This document shows positions 12,817 through 24,400 of a stretch of 64,000 nt of DNA, piece after piece. The DNA is from Gekko japonicus (taxonomy: Eukaryota): positions 2,584,536 through 2,648,535 of the forward strand of contig NW_015164664.1 of the NCBI RefSeq assembly GCF_001447785.1. Reading direction: 5' to 3'. The notes below the pieces were generated by a model. It did not search any database. It worked only from the letters and a program-made list of their open reading frames with translations, and was not told the DNA's origin. The position numbers were made by a program, and so were the translations under genes. Positions within the stretch are counted from its first letter, which is position 1, and the number at the start of each line of letters is the position of its first letter.

Positions 12817-14149
12817 GCTAGAGCAGCCTTTGTTTTCAGTTTTTTAAGTCGTTCATGCCTGTCTTTCTGGTGCAGCAGCTTCTGGTGGCAAAATGATAGC
12901 TGTAACTAGGTTTTGGTTCAGTTTTGTCTTTTGATCCTTTGTCAACAGCATTGCTAGAGATTACGAAAGTAGAGAAGAGTTTCCCAAATATCTCTTGTAA
13001 ACCTATTTAGATGATCTTCAGTATGCTGGGAGGGGGAATACTTGGCTGCTTTAACCACTAATCACTGAGAAGCTATGTTCTGCATATCTATTGAAATACT
13101 CTGACAACAATCTGTTTTCCAAGCCAACGTAAACATTTCAGTATTTCACAAACATTTTACCATTTGCCTGACTGGCAAAATGAACAAAAGTTTTGCCTAG
13201 CCTCAAGATACTTGTGGTAGTTTATAGCACAATAGCTTTAGCAAATTGCACTGTATGCAAATAGGCTGACATGAAGACTGGGGAACATCTGAAGTTCTGC
13301 TCATATTGGTGATTCTCTGCAGTCTTTAGAACTGTGATATATGAGAACTTAACCCAAGTTGGAGGTTTCTTTCCCCCCACATACACATCCATCCTGTTAA
13401 TCAGCCCACTGTAGGAAACTGGGTGCCCTGGGCTCATTAAAATGAGTATTTAAGCGGGCAGACAGAGGTGGAAGGCAATATAAAGCCCCCTTGTGCATAC
13501 AGCCAGCCAAGGGTGCCTCTGGTGCCAGTTGCAGTGGCAAACGGCTTAAGAAGCTGGTATGGGACCCTGCTGCAACCAGAGTCTTGTCCTTTCAGTAGAG
13601 GCTTAAAGTGAGGAAATGGGTAGCTGAAGCTTTTAATTGCATGAAGACAGATGATATCCCCTTAAGCCGGTAGTGAAGAGAGAGGACTTTCTTTTCCCCT
13701 CTGGGCAGATGCTAGGTATTCCTATGTTGTTGCACAGGATTAAAAGCCAAAACAACCTGCCAGTTCAGTTCTCCTGAGAGAGCAAAGCAGGATGGAGGGG
13801 AGAGGCTGGATCATGAAAGGCAGAAACTTTTGGCACCATTGGGCAGGTGACATGCTCACTAGAGAGGAGACTATAGCTGTGATTTGGCAATAACCTCTCT
13901 TCCCCCCCCCCACCCCAGAAAAGCAAAGAGAGGTTGATACAGTTTCAAAACATGGGCTCATTGTGTGGGGTGCAATTGGGCATAGACTCCCCTCCAAGGA
14001 AGAGAAAATATTATCTTACAGCTGCTGTGTGTGGAGATAGGAGAGGGTGGATTGGGGCTGGACATTAAACTATTCCCCATTACAAGTAAGCTGAGAGTGT
14101 GTGTATCTTACAAGAACACTGCTGTGTAGTCCAGTTCAGGCTAGACAAA

Positions 14150-15420
14150 GAATGGCCCCGTTCACATGCCGAATTTGCTGCGGGAGAGCCATGGGTGGTG
14201 GGCGGATTATCTGTGCGCGATCACACCCCAACATCTGGGAAGTGGAGCGCACCCGTGGCCAGCCTGTGGCTTACCACCGAAAATGCGTGATAAAAAAGTA
14301 GTACCTCCAAAGTACTGGCAAACGGTTTGCCACGGGATACCTCTGGATGCCTGCGGTGTGGTCGTGCTGGTGCGCGGCTTTCCCCTCCGGCCCCTCGTTT
14401 ACGCGCCGGCTCCGAGGGAAGGACCCGTGGTGTGCCGCCAGCGTGTCTGATGTATAATCGGGGATCAAACTGCGCCGGGGCAATTTGCCACGCCTCCCCC
14501 TGCGATATGTGTGAAGGGGCCAACATCCCGCTAAATGAGCCCCCGGATACTTCTCAAGGATTGCAGACTGCAGCACTGGCAGGGAAGATTGGAACCGTCC
14601 CAGCTTGCCAGCCTGGGGCTGGATGGACCGGCGCTGAGAGTCGTCCTGGGCTTCCTTCGCGAGCTGAGCAGCCTTGAGGCACTCGAGCTGGGACAGCCAT
14701 GAACTATGCATGCCTTGGCCCTGGTCCCTCGCGTCCCCGTGGACTGGCTCCCAACTTTGCAAGGGCTACTGGTGCCCCCAAATCCCTCACAAAGCGAAAA
14801 ATGGGGAAACCCCCCCCCCGACCGAGCATGACAGCAGGGGTTGTTCCTGCAAGCGCACGTGAACCAAAAGAATGAAGGGGCCACGTGGACTAATTTACGA
14901 TGGGGGGGGGATGCTGGCGAGAATCGATTTCAGGGGATGCGGCGAGCAACAGGAAATCCTTGCGGCCGGTCTCTGCACCTCGTGGCATGCGGTTTTCCTG
15001 AAGCTGCATCTTGATGACAGAAACATGGGTCTTCTGTGAAGCTTCGCATGGAGACTCGGGGTTGGTTGGGACATTGCATTTCCCACTTAAATGTTGAGTT
15101 TTTGCCCACGCTGTAGTGAGTGTGCGCGCGCTCATACCGTTGAGCCTTTACGGTTGGCGCTCCGGCTGCCACGCGCTTTGAAAGTAAGCTCGAGCTGGCG
15201 CGCCGTTGTTTCGTCATCAGGAAGCACCGAGCAGAGAGGAAACTGTTACGGCGTGCGATGGCGCTGTTCCTAGTACAGAGGTAAGAATTTCACCGCCGCT
15301 TCAAGTGCGTGGGGATTCCCGGTTGGGGGGCGGTACGCGGCAACCCGTTTGGGAGGCAGGTGTAATCTGGTACGTTTCAGGTCAGCATTCACTCTGAACG
15401 TTCTGACCGTGTCAGCAAAA
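14150..15420. promoter_or_regulatory. CpG island / promoter of DDX51
   Basis: About 1.3 kb of strong CpG enrichment ending just after the first coding exon (15258-15280). Confidence 0.6.
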
Positions 15421-18400
15421 AAAAGGTGGTTGTTGTTGTTCAGTCGCACAGTCGAGTCCGACTCTTCGCGACCCCATGGACCAGCTCCCGCCAGGCCCTC
15501 CTGTCCAACCATCTCATCCTTTGCCGTCCCCGTCTTCTTTGACCTTCAATCTTTCCCAGCATCAGGGTCTTCTCCAGTGAGTGCTCCCTTCTCATTTGGT
15601 GGCCAAAGTATTTGAGCTTCAGTTTCATTATCTGGCCTTCCAGGGAACAGTCAGGGTTGATTTCTTTGAGGATTGACTGATTTGATCTCCTTGCAGTCCA
15701 AGGGACTCTCAAGAGTCTCCTCCAGCACCATAGTTCAAAAGAATCTATTCTTCGGCGCTCGGCCTTCCTTATAGTCCAACTCTCACAGCCATACATGACT
15801 ACTGGGAATACCATTGCTTTGACCATGCGGACTTTTGTTGGCAGGGTGATGTCTCTACTTTTTATCATGCTGTTTAGGTTCGCCATCACTTTCCTCCCAA
15901 GGAAATCTTTTAATTTCATGGCTGCTGTCACAGTCTGCGGTGATCTGGGATCCCAGGAACGTGAAGTCTGTCACTACTTCCACGACTTCCCCTTCTATTT
16001 GCCAAGGAGTGATGGGGCCGGATGCCATGATCTTAGTTTTTTTGATGTTGAGCTTCAAGCCCACTTTTGCGCTCTCCTCTTTTACTCTGAGCAAGAGGCT
16101 CTTTAGATCCTCTTCACTTTCAGCCATTAGAGTGGTATCATCTGCATATCTGAGGTTGTTGATCTTTTCCCCAGCAATCTTAATTCCCGCTTGTGATTCA
16201 TCCAGGCCAGCATTTCGCATGATGTACTCTGCATATATATTAAATAAGCAAGGTGACAGTATACATCCTTGTCGTACTCCTTTTCCTATGCTAAACCAAT
16301 CAGTTGTTCCATATCCGGTTCTAACTGTCGCTTCTTGGCCCTTATACAGGTTTCTCAAGAGACATGTGAGGTGGTCTGGTACTCCCATCTCTTTAAGGAC
16401 CTGCCATAGTTTGTTGTGATCCACACAGTCAAAGGCTTTAGCATAGTCAATGAAGCAGAAGTAGATGTTTTTCTGGTACTCTCTTGCTTTCTCCATAATC
16501 CAGCGAATGTTGGCAATTTGATCTCTAGTTCCTCTACCTCTTCGAAACCCAGCTTGTACTTCTGGCAGTTCTCTATCCACGTACTGTTGAAGCCTAGCTT
16601 GTAGGATCTTGAGCATGACCTTGTTAGCGTGTGATATGAGTGCAATTGTGTGATAGTTTGAACATTCCTTGGCATTGCCCTTCTTTGGGATGTAGCTAAT
16701 AGCTATAGACCTTACCTCCCTGGGGTTTTTTTCCTCATTCCCCTTTGAAGACCTCTTATGATAGGAGCTTGCACTTTATCTTGCGGCAGCAAATTATGTA
16801 CATTAAGGATGTGTGAAGATGTGCTTTCTTTCACAATTCCTAATCATGTAGCCGATGGATGACCCTGAATTCTGGTATTACATGACACTGCAAAATCTCT
16901 GTACCCACACTCTGCATATACAGATAACTTTATGAACTTCTCCCATGTCCCCCCATTTTTTCTATATCAAAAAGCTTAGCTTCTTCTCATAGGGAAAGTA
17001 CTCTAGCAGTTTTTCTCACTTCTTCCAACTCTACAATATCATCTTGGTTGTGGGGGGGAGACAGGGCAAGCAGAGTAGTATGTAGTTCCTACTGGAGGTT
17101 CATAAGGCACTAGAAGCCACAACATTATTATGTTGTATTTTGTGCTGGCAGAATCATATCTGGGTTAGAGTTAGAGGCCTCTTGCTGCATTTGAACTTCA
17201 CTGCATCCAGAAACTGAAGTTCTTACTTGCAGAAGCTGGAAGGCATCTTTCTACATTATGATGGGACTTTTTTGATTCACAGATGACTTACTTGTTGCAG
17301 TGCCATGCTGTAGAACAGCTGTAATCTTTGTGTAATCCACAGGTACACTGGTGATGAAGAGGGTGAGCCAGAAGACCAATCTCAGGTGCTTTTGCAACGG
17401 CTGCAGGAAAGGGCAAGAATCCGCCAGCTGCAAAAACAGAAACAGGATCAGCCAATTTCTGCAGAGCTAAGAAGGGCAGAGAATGAAATCTCTGGAGTGA
17501 ACTCTGAGAAGGAATCAAGGCCGGAGACCAAGAAAAGAAAGAGGAGACCAAGTGATGAATCTCCTTGCACAAAAGACCAAAGAAAGCCAAACAGGCAGCC
17601 ACAAGCTGTTGAGAAGGAAAGTCCTGATGAGGAAGATGGTTCGAATAGAAGCAGAACTCCAAAGAGCAGAGGGAAGTCCAAAAATCCACCAAGAAAAACT
17701 GAAGCAGGTATGTAGGGACAGGCTAAACTTGATTTCAGGGACCAGTGTTTGAGGCCTTGTTAAAATTCCATCGTCATTGTCATTGTACAATGCACTGTCA
17801 TCTTTGCAGCTGGAGGAGATCACTTTTATGAGGAGCATAGTCTGACTCATGATATTTTATATATTGGTCTTGACTCGCATAAAGAGCATCTTGCAGGAGC
17901 AATCTCCTTGTGCAAGCAACACACAAGGTGCTTGAAGCAGACTACCCCTGCTTGGGGTGGTTTCTGCTGCTGTTTGCAGAAGGAATTTCTAAACTACTAT
18001 GTGAGCAGTGTCATGCTGCACACATAGTAGTTTAGGAATTCCTTCTGCAAACAGCAGCAGAAACCACCCCAAGCAGGGGCAGTCTGCTTCAAGCAGCTGC
18101 TGTTGTGTCTTTCATAAGTCCTCTTGTGTGAGCAGCTATTGAGATGAATTAGCCCTAGTTTCCTTCCCTCATTGTAAAGTAGGCAGTCAAAATGGGGTCT
18201 CTTTTCTGTCTTTCTCTCTGGAGACCCTCCTGTAGGCATATGGAGGCACATCTTAGGTTCAGCCACCGCCACCCCAATGTTGCCTGTATGGCATGAGGCC
18301 CCTGAGATTGCTGCAGAAACCTTTTTCTCTTTGTGCTGTTCCAAATTCAAACAATTTGCCATATTTATGTATTTTTTACCAAAATGTTGGCCAACCAGGA

Positions 18401-21400
18401 AGTGATGATAGCTTGGAGAGTCATCTGGACAACAGCTGTGCAGCAGCAGGAGAGAGAGAGGATAGCTGTACACCTACAGAGAAAGATGCCCAAAGAAGAG
18501 AGGAGCAGAAGACACTGAATCGAAAGGGAACACCCCTCCCTTCTCCCGTGATTGTCCTCGGCACTTCAGATCAAAAGGCTGTGCAGAAGGTAACTCACTG
18601 GCTGGAGCTGATTGCAAGTGTTCTTTATACCATAATGTTTAAGATATGTATGGAAGCAAACTGACTGAAGTGAAGATCAGGGTGCTGGGATGACTGTTTG
18701 TTAAAGCCTTGACTTAACTGTCTTCTAAGCCAATGACTCACATTTCTACTTTATTTCCTGAGTCAGCACCAAATTTTGGGCAGGAGGGGAGGATCCTTAA
18801 AACGCATATTGAAAAGCAAATTTTCTACTGGGAGGTTTGGAGGGGCATTTTGTCTTCGAGACAACTACCGAGCATGCTTTGTGGTCTGTTGCCCACAGTA
18901 GCTGACAAATGGGCACAGCTACACATGTGCTTCCTTGGGTCGGGGCCACAGTTTCAGTGTTCTGCCCATGTGACTTGCAGGTGCAGCCTTATTTGCCACA
19001 GTGGCTTGCTCAGCCCAAGCTAGTCCAGAAAAGGATCAAAGAGAACCGTGTCCCACTCCAGGACATTCCAGAAATCCACCCCAAATTGAGGAAGAAACTG
19101 CAAGCAAATGGAATAGAATATTTGTTTCCAGGTACCTTAACCAGGTGGATGATCTCTTGTAACAAGAACAGCTTATTTTATTTCATACTCTGTCCGTGGT
19201 GTTTCCAAGCTGCATTTAGTAGATGGCCAAAGTCTGGGAGATAGGTGACACAGCTTGTTGCAGTCATGGCTCTGTGGCTGCTCCACACCACGCCGTGCTT
19301 TGGCACAGCCCCAGTCATCCAGCCACTTGCTGCCACTCGCGGGGCGATCAGGACAAGTCTCCAGCAGCCGACTCTCTATAGGAGAGTTGGTGGGGTTTTG
19401 GAAAACCAGAGCACCCCCCTAAAGGCACAGAGTGTCGGTGATTCTCAGGAGCTCGCCTGAGTCTCAACTGCCTTGCTCCGCCATAACCCGGAAGCTCCTA
19501 GAGCAGACTCTCTCCAGTATGAGCTGGGGGAAAAGGGGTTGATACTTTTTGGTTGCTGGGCAATGGGCCTCTTTCAGAAGTAAATGGGGCCTTTTCTGTG
19601 TGGGCTGGCATTTGGTCATCAGGTCATAGGAAAAGGTGTTAATGTCTCTTCCAAGATTTTAATTGAACGAGGGCTGTTTCATTTAATTTGTTGAACATTT
19701 TGGGGCTGGGCTAGAAATGTAATTAAATACTTGACTGTAGCACTGGATCTGAGTATATCTTCCTCTGGAACATGTCTGTTCTGCGGTTGGCTATGAAGGG
19801 GAATTAGGGCAGTTGAACCCATTTGTGTGTTGGGGTGAGAGGTCTGTCTGAGGCGCTTGGTTGGGGTAGTCAGTGGATGACCTACAAGACCTTCTGCCAG
19901 AAAAGTAACCCTGTCCTAGTTTATGACTCTGTCTCTGTCTTTTCAGTTCAGGCACAGGTGATTCCAGCCATTTTGGAGAGTGCATCTGGTGGGTTTTTGT
20001 TCACGAGAAATGGTTACCAGCCGAGTGATATTTGTGTCTCAGCCCCTACAGGCAGTGGTAAAACACTAGCCTTTGTCATCCCTGTAGTACAGGTGAGCTT
20101 TGGCTAGAGCAGGCAGCTGCTGGGCTGTAGGCCTGTGTGTGTCCTTGCACCTGTTATGTGTTTTCCAAAGAATTACTTTTACTGGCAGGTTCAAGTTCTG
20201 TGGCTTTTGTAAAGCCAGCTCGGTTCAAGTTCTGTGGCTTTGGTCATAGTGTGCAAGTATGTCACAAGTTCAACCAGCATTAGGCCTTCTCTCCATCGTC
20301 TCGTGTATCTGGTTCTGCCAAGCAGTCTCAGTGTGGTTGTAGAAAGTGTGTTCTTCACATTTGGAATGGCACCGGCCTAGTGGAACGCCCTCCCAAGTGA
20401 GATCCAGCCCCTGCGGGGTTTAACACAGTTCCACAGGGTCTGTAAAACAGATGTTCTGCCAGGCCTATGGTTGAGGCGGCGGAAGTTCGTCTGGATTGGC
20501 CTCCCCCTGCTCTGTCATGCTTTGTTATGTTCCATCTTGTTTTATCATTTCGTCCACTCACTTGCCTCAGTATTAGTTAACATCTACTGTTGCATACGTG
20601 TAGAGCCTGTGGGAGTGGATGCATTAATTTGTATTACTGACTGCCATTTTATTGTTTAATAGCTGATTGATGTGTATAGTGTTTTAGAGATTATTTTCAA
20701 TTTAGATTAATAGTTGTTGCTGTATTTTTGTATCTACATTGTTATAACCCACCCTGAGCCTTGCTGTGCACGGGTTGGAGGGCTAGAAATCAAATAAATA
20801 TATAAATGAATTCAGATCCCCTGAAGAGTGGGCTGTTGAACTTGGGGAGTGCAGTATGAAAAACACTTAAGGCAACAAACTAAGACCATTTTGAAGGGGG
20901 GGTGTTTGTTGCTTGCTTTTATGTATGTATTTGAGCAGACTGAGAACAAGAACCTGCCAGCTGTTCCTAATATTTTGACTCTGTCTTGGCAGGCCCTGTT
21001 AGAACGAGTGGTTTGCCAGGTGCGAGCCTTGGCAGTCTTGCCCACCAAAGAGCTAGCACAGCAGGTAAGCTCCTGAATCCTTCTGTCCCCTGCCCTGAAT
21101 CCATCCTATCCAATAAAATGGGGTTTTCCAACACACCTCTTGGTGAAAGTGCTGCAGGTCATTGTGTGTGATTTGGAAGTTGGGGACCCTTAGTCTCCCA
21201 CTCAAATGTATGGCTGACCTGACTGACAACCAAGGTCTCCTTTGGAAGGGGCTCTCCCATGTGAGAAGTGGGGTGGTCCCATCTAGCTACAGGTACCATG
21301 TTTTCTGGGTGCAGTTCCCAGGAAACATGTCATTCTGCCCTCCATGCCTGCCCCCTACTCTGTCCACCCACAGACCACTGTCTTTAGGGCCATTCTCAAC

Positions 21401-24400
21401 ATCTGGATCCTCCCCACTTCCTGGCACGCTGGACCCTCTGCATCCCTGAGGGAATGCCATCCCCACCCATAGTGGCAGCTACAGCCAACCAGCCTCTCCT
21501 GACAGTGTTAGTCCAGGCCAAATCTGGCCCACAGTCTTTCTCTGCTTTGCTGTTTCGTCAGTCTGGGCTTGCAGGTGGATTGTCAAGCTCCCCTCGCCCC
21601 GGTTAAATCACTCCCTTCTTCCAGTCCTTCCATGCCACTGCCTGGTTGGGAGGATGCAAACAGCAACCCTCCCCACCACAGTCTCTTTAAAGACCCTTCA
21701 AAGAATAATCAAAGTTGCCTTCGCCTTGGAATGGCAAGAGCGTTAACTCTCGAGAGCTCGTGCCCCAAAAATCTTGTTGATCTCTAAGGTACCGCTGGAC
21801 TTGAAGCTAGCTGTTCTACTGTAGACCAGTATGGCTACCCTCTGAAACTATCTCCCAAAGCTGTACTACTTGTGCATATTGCCTTTGGGAATAATGAGCC
21901 ACTCCAGTACCTGTCTCATGCACGGATATTGCTTATCTGACTGGGTTTTAACCCCTGTGACTATGCACTCACATTGTTTTTTTCCTGTTGCTGCTGCCTC
22001 AATGATCCAAAAGTGCAGTTAAAGCGGCCGCTGAGGACAGGGATTGCTCAGTCTTGCTCTAGTGGTGTAGTGGTTAAGAGTGGTGTACTCTAATCTGGAG
22101 AACCGGGTTTGATTCCCCACTCCTCCACATAAAGCCAGCTGGGTGACCTTGGGTCAGTCACAGTTCTCTCAGAGCTGTTCTCTCAAGAGCAGTCCTTGAA
22201 AGAGCTCTCTCACCCCCACCTACCTCACAGGGTGTCTGTTGTGGGGAGAGGAAGGGAAGGAGATTCTAAGCCACTCTGAGACTCTGAGTGAAGGGGTGTG
22301 TGTATAAATCCAATCTCTTCTTCGTCAAGCCAGGGGGGTGACTGAGCCAGGGGTGACTGTTCTACAGGCCTGTTCTCGCCTTTCCCCCTCCTCCTTCTTA
22401 TTCAATCCTTTCCCTAGGTGAGTAAAGTATTCAACATTTACACGGATGGAATGGGATTGAAAGTCGTCCAACTGACCGGGCAGAAGTCTTTTGCGAAGGA
22501 GCAAGAGTCTCTTGCTGAGGAAACGTAAGTTTCATTCTCACCTTGGTGTCATTTGTGTATAACTTTGTTGGGTTGGCTCATTGGTCGAACGGATGGTGGT
22601 CTTAAAACCACCTGAGCAACAGGCTCAGAGGAGAGCTCACCTGACTGTGCTCCTCTCAGTCACTCCAGCCGGGGTTCCTGGTGTGGTGGTTGCCTTCCCT
22701 GATTATGGAATCCAGTATTTGGCTCAGAATGGTATTCTGGACATTGTGTTTCAAAAAACTCAGAAAGGAAACCCAAGCATTAGCTCCCATGGGTGTGTGG
22801 GAACTGTTCTTGCAGTGACTTGTGGGATATAGTGAATTAATGATCCCAATCCAAAATGAACAGACTCTTGGCCTGGAATTCCACAATGGCTGTGGTTGGT
22901 CCTGAGGAGTCCTGGCTAGATGGGTGTCAAAGCCTTCAGAGTTAAGAGAGGGCTCCGTAGCATTTCCTGTCATTGACTGTCCAATACCTGCCTGTGTGTG
23001 CATACACACACAGTGGTGACAGTTACATCCCATAGAAAACTCTCATATACTGGCATTTCTCAGGTTCACGGGATTCCGCAGTCTGGCAGACATTGTTGTA
23101 GCCACCCCCGGGCACTTGGTGGACCATCTTCAGCACAGTCCTCAGTTCAGCCTGAGAGAACTTCGTTTTCTGGTGAGTGGCAAATGTCCCTGTCTGAACC
23201 CACTGGACATGTTTGCCATTTGTAGCAAGCACCTGGCTGTTATGGGTCACTGTATTTCTTTCTGGCAGTTACACTGTGGACATGGTTGGGCCCACACCAT
23301 TCCTTCATGCAGCTTTCAAGCCCTCCTTACCTGCCAAGCATCAGGAAATAACCTTGCACTATTGGTTTTAAATAATTTTATGCCAATAAAGGTTAACTTG
23401 AACTTAGCTTTAAATAATTTTCAAGGGATCCCATTCCTGTAGCTGCTGAAAGGCAACAAAATAAAAATACTTTTTTAGTTTTTGTTCATGTACTTGAAAT
23501 GCAAAACAAAAGCCACAGAACAGTCCATAATTATAAAAGCAGTGGAATGAAAAGAATATTGAAAAGCAGTTTAAAAGCAGCGGGGGGGGTGCTCAGGGCC
23601 AGGGAGCCCGACAGCTGTGAGGCACACCCCAAGACCCTCTTTCCATATATCTTTGCTGTATGAAGTTAGGATGATGGGGACTGTTTTGGGTTTCACACTT
23701 CAAGAAGTCATTCCAGAGTTCTTTGCCTGTAAAAGGTGCAATCAGAAGAACGGTTCTCTTCTTCAAACATCCTCCGACATTTGCACTGCAGCAGAGGTGG
23801 TGCCATCCTCCAGAGGTCTCAATCTGTCTGCCTGCAAACAAAAGTCATGTTTGCACTACTTTGGGGCTGGTTTGGGAGGCTGTGTGGGGATTGTGTGAGT
23901 GAGGTGCACAGAGGCCACAACTGACGAAGAGTTGGATTTATACCCTGCCCCTCACTTGGAGTCTTAGAGCGGCTTGCAATCTCCTTCCCTTCCTCTCCCC
24001 CACAACAGACACCTGTGAGATAGGTGGGGCTGAGAGAGCTCTGAGAGAACTGTGACTTACGCAGGGTCACCCAGCTGGCTGCATGTGGAGGAGTGGGGAG
24101 TCAAACCTGGTTCTCCAGATTAGAGTCCGCTGCTGTTAACCACAACACCACACTGGCTCTGTGTTGAACACTTAGGTCCCCATGATTCAACTGGGAACAT
24201 TATGGGCTTTCTTAACTCTCTCCTGTAGTGTGTGCTTTTATAAGCCCCTGCATGGTTATAGCATGGCTGCATATCCATTCAGTGTGTCAATAAGAGTTTT
24301 TTCTTTTGCTCAATTGTACATGAGGGTAGATCATTGATGAAGCAGACCGCATGATTGACAACATGCACCAGGACTGGCTAGCCCAGGTTGTGAAGGCTGT

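Noticed and set aside
14099-15273. Dense overlapping ORFs on both strands upstream of DDX51
   Set aside because: Expected in GC-rich sequence; no recognisable domain or splice structure. A weak possible TIR pair (~14155 and ~14860) was too short to call.
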